DNA of 63,914 nucleotides, the filler included, from Octopus bimaculoides (lineage: Eukaryota): the NCBI RefSeq assembly GCF_001194135.2. It is 6 parts of 6 records of this genome, joined end to end, with 100 filler letters (N's around TTAATTAATTAA, not from the genome) between each part and the next. Parts side by side here need not be neighbours in the genome. Positions count along the whole stretch, not along the records: positions 25,176 to 43,697 come from NC_068988.1; 5 more parts are not named here. One strand, written 5' to 3'. This document shows positions 26,440 to 42,565 of the stretch, piece by piece (position 1 is the first letter of the stretch; each line of letters opens with the position of its first letter). The notes below the pieces were generated by a model. The model had not been told where the DNA came from, did not search any database, and was given only the letters and a program-made list of their open reading frames with translations. The position numbers and the translations under genes were made by a program.

Positions 26440-29400
26440 TAATAATNNNNNNNNNNNNNNNNNNNNNNNNNNNNNNNNNNNNNNNNNNNNNNNNNNNNNN
26501 NNNNNNNNNNNNNNNNNNNNNNNNNNNNNNNNNNNNNNNNNNNNNNNNNNNNNNNNNNNNNNNNNNNNNNNNNNNNNNNNNNNNNNNNNNNNNNNNNNNN
26601 NNNNNNNNNNNNNNNNNNNNNNNNNNNNNNNNNNNNNNNNNNNNNNNNNNNNNNNNNNNNNNNNNNNNNNNNNNNNNNNNNNNNNNNNNNNNNNNNNNNN
26701 NNNNNNNNNNNNNNNNNNNNNNNNNNNNNNNNNNNNNNNNNNNNNNNNNNNNNNNNNNNNNNNNNNNNNNNNNNNAAAAAAAAAAAAAAAAAAAAAAGAT
26801 TTCTGCTAATATTATAAAGAAATATAATATAATTTACTAAAAATAAAATGCAGCAACAAACAAATAAAAAACAGAACGCTTAGATAATAAAAAAGGAGAG
26901 TTTATCTTTTGTTTATTCAAAGAATTTCATAGAAAAATTATAACAATGTAATTAAAAGATTAATTAATTTATTATTAATCTAGTTTTGTTCAAAGAAAAT
27001 AGTTTTAATACATCAGTGTACCAATCGATCGTGTGTATATATAGAGAGAGGTTAACAATGAGACTAAAACAAACAATAATACAAAAAGAAAAAAATCACA
27101 ACTACTCGAGAGTTAGTGGAAGAGTCGATAGTTCGTATCGTATCTCTGGACCGAAACTCCGAGTCAGTGTCTGTTCCATTTAGTCTTAATTGAGCTACAT
27201 GACCCATATGTATGGAAGCACATATATCAACTGCATATCATAATCTGGAGCTTTATTCCTGACCGTGTTATTCATGCGGTTATCGAGTTTTAAATGCTTA
27301 AAACGAATATCAATAGAAATGACCTCATCTGTTGAGGAGAGTCTGCGATGGGTATGTGTACAGTACCTTACACTAAACCGATCTACTATACAAGTTTTCT
27401 GCTGGTAAAAAAAGTTTGTGGAATTGAGCTTTTTGTGAGCTTATACTGTGCTGAATTTGTACCTTCAACGAACGAGCAGAAAGTCATTGACATCAATTGT
27501 TCCCAACTATAGTTCCTATATTAACGCATCTAGATGATACTTTACTTTCTATATAGCTGATACCTTCCTACAATCTTCTTCTTCCTTACATTATTTCCCT
27601 CATACCCGCAACATAAAGTCCTCACACCAGACCTGTGCAAAATCAACAAACAGATACTTACAATATAACATTCAACTGTCACAACCTCGTGATTCGGAAC
27701 AGTACAAAAGGAATATCTGTCCCTTCACAATAGAAATCCTTTAAAGTCTACAGAATTTAGGCATTACAATATTTGATGAACATAATTATCGTGGTTTATT
27801 CACGAAGAGTTGCTATTGTTCGATCAAATGAACTACCTGCTCTATGAACAATCGGGTGTGGAGTCCGGCGGTCGAGGTGATCACTTAGCTGCAATCTATA
27901 CTTGCAGTATTTGACAAAGCTTTTTGCACAAAGAGTTTTGGCACTCCAGGGCCGAGAGAGATTGGTATCAATTTCTCAGAACAAAACCGTCCGAAAACGA
28001 TGCACTTCATTAGAGACTTTAGCGCGTTTATAAATGTACCACGCTGGAGTTGATGTTTCTTTTACCCACCTTTGAAGCACACGCACGGTCTTTCTAACAG
28101 ATTTCCACCCAGCTCCGGATGGCTCATTGTTATTCACAAGGTATAGATTAATCAGAAGCAATGAGGAAAAGCACTTTCTCAAAATGTAAGGGAGTTAAGT
28201 CAACCCCAGGGCATCGTGATTGCTAGCCGAACTTTATAACCATGTAGCCATGCTGCTTCTCTATATAATGTTACCAAAATCTGCACACCACAACGACTAC
28301 AATTTTTCTCCAGGGATATAAAATTCTCCAGCAAATGAATCTTTGCAAAGTTCAAACTAAGCTCTATATTAGAATACCTTCCACATCATGCAAATGTTGT
28401 TATTCGTTTAGAATCTTCCGTGTAAATAAGTCGGTCATGGGGATATACCTTGCTTGGAAACAAGTGAAGGTTGGCGACAAGAAGAGCATCAAACTGTAAT
28501 AAAATCGATCTCAGTGAATTCCGTCTGATCTATGCAGGTGTGGAAAAGAGTAAGTTAAGCTGATGATGATATAAGGCATTCTATCAGTACTAAACATTAT
28601 TCTTTCTTTCTTCTCATCGATTTTATTCTCTCTGAACGTAATTTATTTTTCGTGCGTGCTATTTTCTCTCCCACAAAAAATATTGTTTTTTTATTTTTAT
28701 TGCTGCACCCAAATTCGTATCACAACTGATTGAGAAGACAATTTTTAACCAGCAATATACTGTTGAATGCTATAATTAAACGCTATTTTGCACTGTAGTG
28801 CCTTTCCAGACAAATCGTATTTTTTCTATGGATACATATAGAAAAGAAAGAGAAAAATAACGAGAAAAAGAGAGAAAGACGGTATTAGAAAAAGAAAAAT
28901 GTGGCAATGAGAAGGGAACAAAGCCAAAACAGCGAAGACGGAGATGTGGTAATTTTGGAATCTCAACGTGATCAGAATTTAATTCCTGTGTGCTAATGAA
29001 GACACTTTTACACGGAACACTCGAAGATACAGCAAAACTGGACAGGAACAACAAGAATACATTGCAGCACGAAGTTCTTGAAGACTAATAATTAATATAA
29101 AAGAAATTCACCTGACCAAGGGAACATGCATTTCCTGGAATATTAAATTCCCGCAAAGTAAGGGAATGCGTGATTGATTTTTAAAGAGAAAAATCACATG
29201 ATGTAAATCATATAAACAAAGGGCAGGTATGGCCTGTCGAATTTACATAAATGTATGCGTTTTTGAAATATCAAATTCACATGAAACAAGGGAGCGTGTG
29301 ATGTTTTTTTTGCAACAAATGCATACGAATCTTATCACATAAAGCAAAATAACATCATAGGTTTGCTGAATTATCGAATTCCCATGAAGTGATTCACATT

Positions 29401-29584
29401 GAAAGAAGGGAATGCATATTTCTGTAGTAGCAAAAGCCACATGAATCTACTCTCAGGAAGCAAAGTAAGCATGAAATAAGGGAACATATGTTTATTGGTA
29501 TAGTGAGATGAACATGAACTTCCTCTTCATGTTTTTGAAATGGTCATTGGAGAACAAACTATGAAGATGTTCTACAAATAAATA

Positions 29585-29935
29585 AGCATGGCTGTGTGCT
29601 AAGAAGGTTAATTCGCAACCACTTGGATCCAGGTTCAGTCCCACTGCGTCGCACCTTGGGTAAGTGTTTACTATTATAGCCTCAGGCCGACCAAAGCCTT
29701 GTGAGTAAATTTGGTAGACGGAAACTGAAAGAAGCCCGTCGTATATGTATGTATATATACATGTATATATCGATGTGAGTGTATGTCTTTGTCTCTGTAT
29801 TTGCCCCTTATCATCGTTTGACAACCAGTGTTGTGTTTATGTCCCCGTAAATTAGCGGTTCAGCAAAAGAGACCCTCTAAGGCGGTACTGCAGTATGGCT
29901 GCAGTCAGCGGAATGAAACAAGTAAAAGAATAAGA
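29585..29935 (+). mobile_element. SINE family B copy
   Basis: Head and tail match the 17265 copy. Confidence 0.85.
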
Positions 29936-30607
29936 GACTACAAGAGCAAACAAACAATCAGCTTTGTGGTATGAATGAGATTTTTTGAATGAAAGACACA
30001 TAGACATAGACTTACACTAATGCTTGTTTCTATGTAAAGTTATTCATGAAAGATAATTCAGTATTACACTGAAAGATCGCTTCTTACTTTTTAGTAGAAC
30101 ACGTATTTATTAAAAGAAAGGACTGATAGTGACTTTGAAGTTTTGGCTTATCAACCGCCATCTGACGCTGCTCTTGTTTGCTCCTTTCTCTTTTTATATA
30201 GTTTTTATATAGTTTTATATAGATTTTATATATATTTTTTTTCTGTTGTAAGTGACAAGATTGCTATATGCCATTGGAAGTTACTGTCTAACTCTCAATC
30301 CATGAAATAAAATGCAGGCTGGTCATGTGAAATCTAGGCTGTGCATGACTCATGCTTGTTACAAAAAGTTAGGGTTGTATCATGCATGTAAGAGCAACTT
30401 TTTGTAACAAGCATGATTCATACACAGCCTAGATTTGAAATAGAGAGTGAAGTGGAGGAATGAAAATAGACGTGAGATATGCAGGGATATTGTATCTTCA
30501 GTTCCATTATTTAGGCAGAATGCTATACATATAAGATTCCTGTACTTTGTACTCTCTATTTCATATCTTATCTAGAATAACTATTGCTTAACCATTTTCT
30601 CACACCG

Positions 30608-30653
30608 TCTCCGATGAAGGGATATATAAAATATGCCGGAAACAGCTGTAAGA
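30608..30653 (+). ncRNA. Candidate minimal type I hammerhead ribozyme in a Penelope-like terminus
   Basis: TCT-CCGATGA-AGGGATAT-ATAAA-ATATGCCG-GAAAC-AGCT-GTA-AGA: stem I TCT/AGA, palindromic loop AGCU, GUA cleavage triplet. Confidence 0.55.
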
Positions 30654-31736
30654 TCTTCTATTTATAAATTTTCTGAAATCATTCTTAACCTTGGATTTTT
30701 ATCTCATTCTGTTAATTTTTTTTATATGTACACATGCTGATATATGGCCTACGTTGGACTCCTCATTCGCATAATCAGCGAACCTGGAGCTTCACTATGG
30801 TCTGTCCATAGCACTTACTCAGTAGGTCTTATTGACACCATTACCTCTCATAACCTATATATATACATATATATATATACATACATGTATACACACACAA
30901 GCACACACACAGGCACACGCACACACGCACACATACACCCCCCCATANNNNNNNNNNNNNNNNNNNNNNNNNNNNNNNNNNNNNNNNNNNNNNNNNNNNN
31001 NNNNNNNNNNNNNNNNNNNNNNNNNNNNNNNNNNNNNNNNNNNNNNNNNNNNNNNNNNNNNNNNNNNNNNNNNNNNNNNNNNNNNNNNNNNNNNNNNNNN
31101 NNNNNNNNNNNNNNNNNNNNNNNNNNNNNNNNNNNNNNNNNNNNNNNNNNNNNNNNNNNNNNNNNNNNNNNNNNNNNNNNNNNNNNNNNNNNNNNNNNNN
31201 NNNNNNNNNNNNNNNNNNNNNNNNNNNNNNNNNNNNNNNNNNNNNNNNNNNNNNNNNNNNNNNNNNNNNNNNNNNNNNNNNNNNNNNNNNNNNNNNNNNN
31301 NNNNNNNNNNNNNNNNNNNNNNNNNNNNNNNNNNNNNNNNNNNNNNNNNNNNNNNNNNNNNNNNNNNNNNNNNNNNNNNNNNNNNNNNNNNNNNNNNNNN
31401 NNNNNNNNNNNNNNNNNNNNNNNNNNNNNNNNNNNNNNNNNNNNNNNNNNNNNNNNNNNNNNNNNNNNNNNNNNNNNNNNNNNNNNNNNNNNNNNNNNNN
31501 NNNNNNNNNNNNNNNNNNNNNNNNNNNNNNNNNNNNNNNNNNNNNNNNNNNNNNNNNNNNNNNNNNNNNNNNNNNNNNNNNNNNNNNNNNNNNNNNNNNN
31601 NNNNNNNNNNNNNNNNNNNNNNNNNNNNNNNNNNNNNNNNNNNNNNNNNNNNNNNNNNNNNNNNNNNNNNNNNNNNNNNNNNNNNNNNNNNNNNNNNNNN
31701 NNNNNNNNNNNNNNNNNNNNNNNNNNNNNNNNNNNN

Positions 31737-31789
<53 letters not shown>

Positions 31790-32658
31790 CATGATTTGTA
31801 TATATGTGTATATATATACATCTATATATGCACGTATACATATATACAAATATACATATATACAAATATACATATATATAGATATATATGTATATATATA
31901 TACATACATAGCATAATATGGACAATATATTATAAACACTATATATATATATATAGGCATATATGTGTGTATATATACCTACACATATATATATGACATA
32001 AACAATAAAAATGTACTTTATGGTCGTATACATGTATGCATTTATGTATACATACATATAAGAGTATATAATCATATGTATGTATATACATATCTATGTG
32101 TAGGTGTATGAAATGCATATATATATATATATATAAATGCATACATACATACACACATATGCACTCGCAACACACGCCTACACTAAAATTAGTGATGTTC
32201 AGCATGACCTTGTATATAAACTCCTAAACACCCCCTTTACAATCTCATATATTGAATGCAAACTGCTTATTCTCAAGAACATGTTCACATACATACGCAC
32301 TCATCAGAATAACATCAGCATCTTTCTGATTTGAATATCGGTAAGCCGGTAGAATGTAGCACTAATCAGAAAAGGGTCAAATTTTATGTCGGAGTAAACC
32401 TGACCATTCTAATCAGGGAGTTACCGAAATACCGTTTCTACTTAGCATCAGATAGTGACACGTGATCTTAGTTCACTACATCATCGAGCACTGAAGGAGG
32501 AACTGTTTGATGGGTTCAAATCACGCATTCACGGATTCACATTGAAATATATATATATATAAATTATATATATTTATGGAAAAAAACGCTGGGTTTATTT
32601 TCCTTATGAGGTTTTTTTTCACGCTGACTACTTGATAAATTCTTATAAAGATTTTATC

Positions 32659-32693
<35 letters not shown>

Positions 32694-32844
32694 NNNNNNN
32701 NNNNNNNNNNNNNNNNNNNNNNNNNNNNNNNNNNNNNNNNNNNNNNNNNNNNNNNNNNNNNNNNNNNNNNNNNNNNNNNNNNNNNNNNNNNNNNNNNNNN
32801 NNNNNNNNNNNNNNNNNNNNNNNNNNNNNNNNNNNNNNNNNNNN

Positions 32845-32943
32845 AACCGCTAAGTTATGGGGACATAAACACACCACCATCAGTTGTCAAGCGATGTTGG
32901 GGGGGGGACAAACACAGACACACAAACACACGCACACACACAG

Positions 32944-32978
<35 letters not shown>

Positions 32979-33060
32979 CATATATACGACGGGATTCTTT
33001 CAGTTTCCGCCTACCAAACCACTCTCAAGGCTTTGGTCAGCCCGAGGCTATAGTAGAAAG
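32845..33060 (-). mobile_element. SINE family B fragment
   Basis: Matches the family-B middle region. Confidence 0.8.
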
Positions 33061-33612
33061 ACAATACAGATTCATGTGATTACTATTAAGTAATGCAAAA
33101 TGAACCGTAAATTTGTCGCGCGTTGATCGCATATATTTCATCTAATGTGTCTTTCGACTTATGTGTGCATACATATGCATATGTACATATATGAATGTAT
33201 GTACGTACGTGTGTATATTGTGTTTGTGTGTGTGTATTTCTACTTTGAGTTCAACCCGCTCGTTAACAAAGCGTGTATGTATGTATAAATGTATGTATGT
33301 ATGTGTGTATGTATGTATGCATGGTGAATGTTCGACAAGCGGCACCAACGTTTCGAATCGTATGATTTTCCTCCGGGACACAACTATTATACGCTACATT
33401 TCATGGTGTGGAGTTCTGTATTTTATAATTGATCATAGAATAATTTACCACACTAAAAACGAATAATATGCATTTATTCTTAAATGTATGTATGTATATA
33501 TATATATACATGTGTGTGTATATATATATATATGTATATATATGTGTATATATATATATATATAGATATATGCATATATATATGTGTATATATATGTATA
33601 TATATGTATATA

Positions 33613-33674
<62 letters not shown>

Positions 33675-34100
33675 NNNNNNNNNNNNNNNNNNNNNNNNNN
33701 NNNNNNNNNNNNNNNNNNNNNNNNNNNNNNNNNNNNNNNNNNNNNNNNNNNNNNNNNNNNNNNNNNNNNNNNNNNNNNNNNNNNNNNNNNNNNNNNNNNN
33801 NNNNNNNNNNNNNNNNNNNNNNNNNNNNNNNNNNNNNNNNNNNNNNNNNNNNNNNNNNNNNNNNNNNNNNNNNNNNNNNNNNNNNNNNNNNNNNNNNNNN
33901 NNNNNNNNNNNNNNNNNNNNNNNNNNNNNNNNNNNNNNNNNNNNNNNNNNNNNNNNNNNNNNNNNNNNNNNNNNNNNNNNNNNNNNNNNNNNNNNNNNNN
34001 NNNNNNNNNNNNNNNNNNNNNNNNNNNNNNNNNNNNNNNNNNNNNNNNNNNNNNNNNNNNNNNNNNNNNNNNNNNNNNNNNNNNNNNNNNNNNNNNNNNN

Positions 34101-34140
<40 letters not shown>

Positions 34141-35065
34141 TGTGTGCATGTGAGAGCACATGTGAACGTCTTGTGCGGGCTATTGCTTATGGATTTGAAC
34201 TCTATCGTCATGTTACCTTGATGTTCAATTTAATCTTGTATAGTTGTCTATCTGAAGGAAGCCGCCTGCAGAGTGTGAATATAGACAATTTGAGCTCTGA
34301 GGTGGTAAAAGTACTTTCAGAGTGGTGTGACATACAGAAAGTCTGATGAGCAGAGGTTATGGTCTATGCGCATCATATTAACTGACGATGAGGTGTTATA
34401 TAGATCGCAGCTTCAGACAAATTTATGCTACTGTAGTAGCGATACAAGATATTTCGAAGAACATTGCAGCAAAGCGGCGTGATAGTGGTGACAGACATGG
34501 CATGCAGACCATCACATAATTTGTTTGACATTGCGTTTGTACTCTTCTATTCTTTTTTACGAAAACAGTGTGCACATGCACATTGCGTGTTCATACTTCC
34601 TTTTCCGGTTCTTACTCAAAACTGTTTACAGATCACAACAATCCCACAAACCGCAGATACGACAATTCGAGGAAGAGAGAACTATGCCAACAGATGGCTG
34701 GTACGCCTTTTCAGATGATTTGATTGGAGTAAACTCATACTAGGTGCCTTGCTGAAGGGTATGTATGTATGTATGTATGTATGTATGTATGTATGTATGT
34801 ATGTGTGTATGTATGTATGTAAGTGTGTATGTATGTAGGTGGGTGTGTAACAGTGAATTGTTTTATACACATATTGAAGAATGACTTCAATATTTGAGTT
34901 TTGTGATATTCGATAATACTATGATACGTTTAAGTGTATCATCAGAAGTTGGCCTACTTGGCAGTCCAAGCCAGAACCGACACACCTACTACAATATCCG
35001 CTTGACCATCACCTACGCTCACAAATATATAAGCCATATAAACGCTCACCTACGCTCACAAGTTT

Positions 35066-35755
35066 TTGTTGTTGGCACTCCGTCGCTTACGACGAGGAGG
35101 GTTCCAGTTGATCCAATCAACGGAACAGCCTGCTCGTGAAATTAACGTGCAAGTGGCTGAGCACTCCACAGACACGTGTAACTTTAACGTAGTTCTCGGG
35201 GATATTCAGCGTGACACAGTGTGACACAGTGTGACAAGGCTGACCCTTTGAATTACAGGCACAACAGAAACAGGAAGTAAGAGTGAGAGAAAGTTGTGGT
35301 GAAAGAGTACACCAGGGTTCGCCACCATCCCCTGCGGGAGCCTCGTGGAGCTTTAGGCATTTTCGCTCAATAAACACTCACAACGCCCGGTCTGGGAATC
35401 GAAACCGCGATCCTANNNNNNNNNNAGCCTGCTCGTGAAATTAACGTGCAAGTGGCTGAGCACTCCACAGACACGTGTAACTTTAACGTAGTTCTCGGGG
35501 ATATTCAGCGTGACACAGTGTGACACAGTGTGACAAGGCTGACCCTTTGAATTACAGGCACAACAGAAACAGGAAGTAAGAGTGAGAGAAAGTTGTGGTG
35601 AAAGAGTACACCAGGGTTCGCCACCATCCCCTGCGGGAGCCTCGTGGAGCTTTAGGCATTTTCGCTCAATAAACACTCACAACGCCCGGTCTGGGAATCG
35701 AAACCGCGATCCTATGACCGCGAGTCCGCTGCCTTAACCACTGGGCCATTGTGCC
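35066..35755 (-). mobile_element. SINE family C, apparently one copy assembled twice across a 10-N gap
   Basis: 35126-35415 appears identical to 35426-35715, including private variants. Confidence 0.85.
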
Positions 35756-36049
35756 CAACGCTCACAAATATATATAAGCCATATAGACGTTTGCATCTAG
35801 TGACTTTGGACCAGACAATGAGAGCCAAATAATATCTTGGATGCGGATACGCATTTGAACGGCTGTTAATGGAACACGAAGTTCTGGTGCTATGGATTGC
35901 TGTCCACGTATTTTACTCGCGAATCAGTTATCATTATAATGACACTGTTTATGCCACGGACAAACACGTCTGATATAGCGAGATGTTTACGAGAGCTTTG
36001 TTCGAAAATAACGTTAATTTATACCTCATATTGCGAATAACAATAACGA

Positions 36050-36121
<72 letters not shown>

Positions 36122-36416
36122 GATAATAATGATAATAATGATAATAGCGTTCAATCAAAGCGGTGCTGATCTTAAACTCTATTAATCAATGACAGGTTAA
36201 AAAAAGAAATTGAAAAGAGACCAGCAAAAATCAAGACTCGAAATTAGCGATTGTTATGGCTATCAGCAATATCGTTCTTCCTTCTTTGTTTATGAACTGA
36301 CGTCATGCCTCTAAGCATGCTGGGAAGAAATGGAAGACAGGAACAGGCAATTTGCTCTATTTATCTCATCTTATACTCAAACGGACATATAAATACATGC
36401 ATATGTATGTGTGTGT

Positions 36417-36464
<48 letters not shown>

Positions 36465-36571
36465 TGTTGCTTTGAGTTTAGTTTTGATTTTGTAATGCAA
36501 TTTAGTGAAATAAAGGATACGACGCGAATAATATCATCAACAACAACGTTTTCTTATTGTTATTATTATTA

Positions 36572-36635
<64 letters not shown>

Positions 36636-36736
36636 CATTATTTTTATTATTATTCTTATAGACTACATTGTAAAAATGATGTGAATAAAAATGAAACGGA
36701 TTAAAAAACCCTCTCTAATCCATCGTCTGAGTGAGG

Positions 36737-36770
<34 letters not shown>

Positions 36771-36829
36771 CGACGACGACGACGACGACTACGACAACGA
36801 TGACGTTTATGAGAATGATGTTGGTGTGC

Positions 36830-37390
36830 TTGATGATGAGTCTGGTGTTCAACTGATGTGAGACTGGTTACACAGCCAAATAAACTTCGATCGATATATG
36901 CTCTTAGTCTATCGATGTCTGTATATCCATGCGTGAGTTTCCAGGGAAGGGTGTCGCAGGATATTTCAACTATGCTTCTCCAGCAGTGTCTTGCATTGCA
37001 TAATTTGATCGTTGTTCTCTGATTACCGAAGTGATGGTGGGAAGAGTGCCATACTGTCACTACTTTTATTAGAGTGTTTCTGCTAAGAAAGATTGAGAAT
37101 CGCATGAAGCATTTTCCGGTAAGTAACGTCTAACTTCTTTTCTAAAGTCTCTTATTCAGTGACTATCTTGAATAGCAATAGAGAAGTATTTATTCAACAA
37201 CTGCTTTGAAGAAACTCATCATCAGATTGTCAAGAAGGCACAGTTTTCATATAAATCGGAATCTCTCCGGAGCGTGCTATGCTTTTGCAGTCCTTACACG
37301 GACATTTTCTTCTGTTGAAGCAATCTAACTTCTCAGATAGGTAAAGTCCTTAACCATCATCAGGTTGTTGCCTTTCAGAACTCATACATT
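36830..37390 (-). mobile_element. Old RTE/RTE-X LINE C-terminal fragment
   Basis: VKDFTYL.S.I.S, FFKAVVE*ILLY, KKLDVTYRKMLHAILNLS*, with many stops. Confidence 0.65.
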
Positions 37391-38017
37391 TCCTGATTAG
37401 CTGTTACGTATAAATAATGCTACTAACATACATGCAGATTATAAATCGTCTTTTCTGTATTAGTTATTTTAGACTGTTTTAAATTGAAGTATTGTTCAGT
37501 TAGGATACAAAAATAAGTTTGGGAATCAAGTTGATAAAACAAGCTACAAAAAGGTTATAAATGCTACTGACACACCAACAGATTACAAGCCGTCTTTCTT
37601 GAATTCAGACTCTATACTAGCTATATTCTTCAGACAGATGTCCTATGAAATGTGATTCAGTTAGGAGTTTCGGAGCCGGCAAATGTACCAAAAATCTTTA
37701 AAAAGAAGTAAAATAATCTGAGACGTTGAAATCAGCAAAAGGCAAGAACTCACCCCCTCACACAAAAATTTAGGACCATTAAGATTTCTTCCCTTACATC
37801 ATAATGTAAATGAATATTATGTCATGTACTAGAGTAGATTTAATAAATTAATCCCTTTTCTCTCAAATTCAACGCATTGCTACAATTTAAGAAACCAGTG
37901 TCAACATCGGACGGGTTTAAACTTATATTATAAGTTCAAATTCCACTGAAGTTAACTTTGCCTTTCATCATTTCGAGGTTGATAAAACGAGGGCCAGTCG
38001 AGTACCCACGGACTTGT

Positions 38018-38226
38018 TCGAGCTGGCAGAATCGTTAGCACGCCGAGAAAGATGCATGGTGACATTTCGTCCGTCTTTACGTTCTGACTTCAAATTCCGC
38101 CGAGATCGACTTTGCCTGTCATCCTGTTGGGGTCGATAAAGATAAGTACCGATTGAGCACTGGGGTCAATGTAATCGACTAGTTCCATCACCCAAAATTT
38201 CAGACCTTGTGCCTATAGTAGAAAGG

Positions 38227-38297
<71 letters not shown>

Positions 38298-38610
38298 ACA
38301 ACTTCGCCATATTTTTTCAATTTAGTTTGTGAGCTTGCTACGTATAGTAATAAAGCTTCCAACAGCAACACCATCAACAACAACAACACGACTTCCTGTT
38401 CTTTCAAATGGAAGTACAAGAACTCAAATTTGGGGTGGGGGATTAAGTCGATTACATCAACCCCAGTGCGAAACTGGTACTTATTTAATCGACCCCGAAA
38501 GGATGAAAAGCAAAGTCGACCTTGGCGGAGCTTGAACTCAGAACGTAGCGGCAGACGAAATACTGCTAAGCATTTCGCCCGGCATGCTAACGATTCTGCC
38601 AGCTCGCAAC
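38018..38610. mobile_element. Convergent SINE family A pair (+ 38018-38230 with (TTA)n tail; - 38420-38610)
   Basis: Both match the family-A core. Confidence 0.85.
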
Positions 38611-39004
38611 TTCCTGTTGGCGCTGATGATGTAGCTGGTAATCAAAATGGAGATTATAATGATGATGACGACGACGACGACGACGATGACGAAGACGATG
38701 ATGATGACGATGACGATGATGGTGGTGATGATGATGATGATGATATCGAGTCTCACTCTTAGACTTCAAGGGATAACATTACTAACAACGATATATTTCA
38801 GAGGAAACAGAAGGAAGATTCTGTTATAAAAAAACTTTCCATGATATTTGCATTTGTGAAAAATTATAAGATTCGAGTAATATGGTCCAGTTTGTCAGCG
38901 ATTTACTTAGGATATGGACTGTACTCGTGATAATAAGTTATTGTTGCTGGCATACTCTTGACATTTTTTGTATTAGATCATAGCATGTAAGAACGCCATT
39001 TGAT

Positions 39005-40995
<1,991 letters not shown>

Positions 40996-41009
40996 AATAA
41001 TAATAAATG

Positions 41010-41560
41010 CTCTGATGCAGTGCCGGGCACTGGCTCTCATGATATTAACTGATTGGAAATGTTATCATGTACATGTTTTGTCTTGGTATAAAAGTTAAAC
41101 TACAGGAAACATTCTGTTCCATACCACAGATTTGCATATCAGTTGCTTGATCTTAAACAGTTGAGCGTGTCCCTTGGTGGCTGACCATATGTAGATCTCT
41201 GATCAGGAACGGAAGTAGTAGGAGAGCATCTTAGCCATGCGAGAGAGGAATATTTGGAAGGTATGAATGATTAGCCCATAGAAACATGGGTATTTCGTTC
41301 AACATCTTTAAACAACCCTTATTTAGGGGCATTCTGAGCGAGATGGGCTACTTGCCCTAAAGAAAATTCTAAGTTGACCCATTTGCAAGGACATGCGCTG
41401 TCTGTCTTAATATGAGATCACCAAGTCGCACGCATATGGTTAGGATGCATGTGCCTGGTTTACCCTTATCAAAGGGGTAGTTATGATTGGTATACCGGGT
41501 TTCGTATATTTGTACCCTAGAGTCACTTTCATAGCATGCGCTGATCTCTCACTTAATAAT
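41010..41560. repeat. Unclassified GC-richer element bounded by (AAT)n
   Basis: Sharp compositional block between two AAT arrays; no ORF recognised. Confidence 0.35.
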
Positions 41561-41570
41561 AGTAGTAGTA

Positions 41571-41627
<57 letters not shown>

Positions 41628-41629
41628 TT

Positions 41630-41800
41630 TTCTATTATAGCCACAAGGCCTGAAATTTGGAGGAAGGGTACTTAATTTATCGACCCCGAAAGGATATAAG
41701 GTAAAGTCGACCTCGGCGGAATGTGAACTCAGAACGTAGCAACATACGAAATACCGCTAACTATTTTGTCCAGTCTGCTAACGATTCTACCGGCTCGTCA
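41630..41800 (-). mobile_element. SINE family A embedded in (AAT)n on both sides
   Basis: Family-A core; tail ggccttgtggctataatagaaaat-(ATT)n on the minus strand. Confidence 0.85.
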
Positions 41801-42051
41801 CCAAATAATAATANNNNNNNNNNNNNNNNNNNNNNNNNNNNNNNNNNNNNNNNNNNNNNNNNNNNNNNNNNNNNNNNNNNNNNNNNNNNNNNNNNNNNNN
41901 NNNNNNNNNNNNNNNNNNNNNNNNNNNNNNNNNNNNNNNNNNNNNNNNNNNNNNNNNNNNNNNNNNNNNNNNNNNNNNNNNNNNNNNNNNNNNNNNNNNN
42001 NNNNNNNNNNNNNNNNNNNNNNNNNNNNNNNNNNNNNNNNNAATAAAACTA

Positions 42052-42148
<97 letters not shown>

Positions 42149-42346
42149 GCAGCAACAACAACAGACGCAAAAGAAATCACATCATATCCAAAGCCTCACA
42201 CAAAACCACAAAATGATTTAATAGAAAAAAATAAAAAAATAAAATAAATATCGAAAAATGCGAAAAGAAACCAAAAAAAAAAAAGTCAAACAAATTCAAA
42301 GCTAGAACAACAACATCAACAACAAATGTATAGCAATCCACATTAC

Positions 42347-42565
42347 CATTGTGCGCAACGAAGCGATTTCTTCCCGTAGAGGTTCAATTGCGTGCTGTAC
42401 AGCGTCATGAATAACCTCAGTAAGGGTTCGAATTAAAGTAGGGTCAACGTCATGTGTTTTACTGGATGTAGCTTCAGATTCCGAATTTAAGGTACTAATC
42501 CGGTCCCCATCCGACGGTGCATTACTAAGCCACGATATTTTACTCCATCGGTTTGTATTCATCAT
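42347..42565 (-). CDS. Probable first coding exon of an unidentified protein (73 aa, ends in a predicted amphipathic/coiled-coil helix)
   Basis: MMNTNRWSK...DPTLIRTLTEVIHDAVQHAIEPLREEIASLRTM|gtaatg; complex non-repetitive sequence, ATG start, phase-0 donor. Confidence 0.55.

Noticed and set aside
27050-28400. Several open minus-strand stretches (e.g. GWKSVRKTVRVLQRW, QKTCIVDRF..)
   Set aside because: No consistent splice-site and phase set and no recognisable homology, so they cannot be supported as exons.
21920-29492. CRISPR-like reading of the motif clusters and minisatellite
   Set aside because: Eukaryotic context, degenerate repeats, irregular spacing and no cas genes.
35126-35715. Apparent tandem duplication of SINE-C (also 22805-22890)
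   Set aside because: Matching copies on either side of a 10-N gap indicate unmerged contig overlaps.
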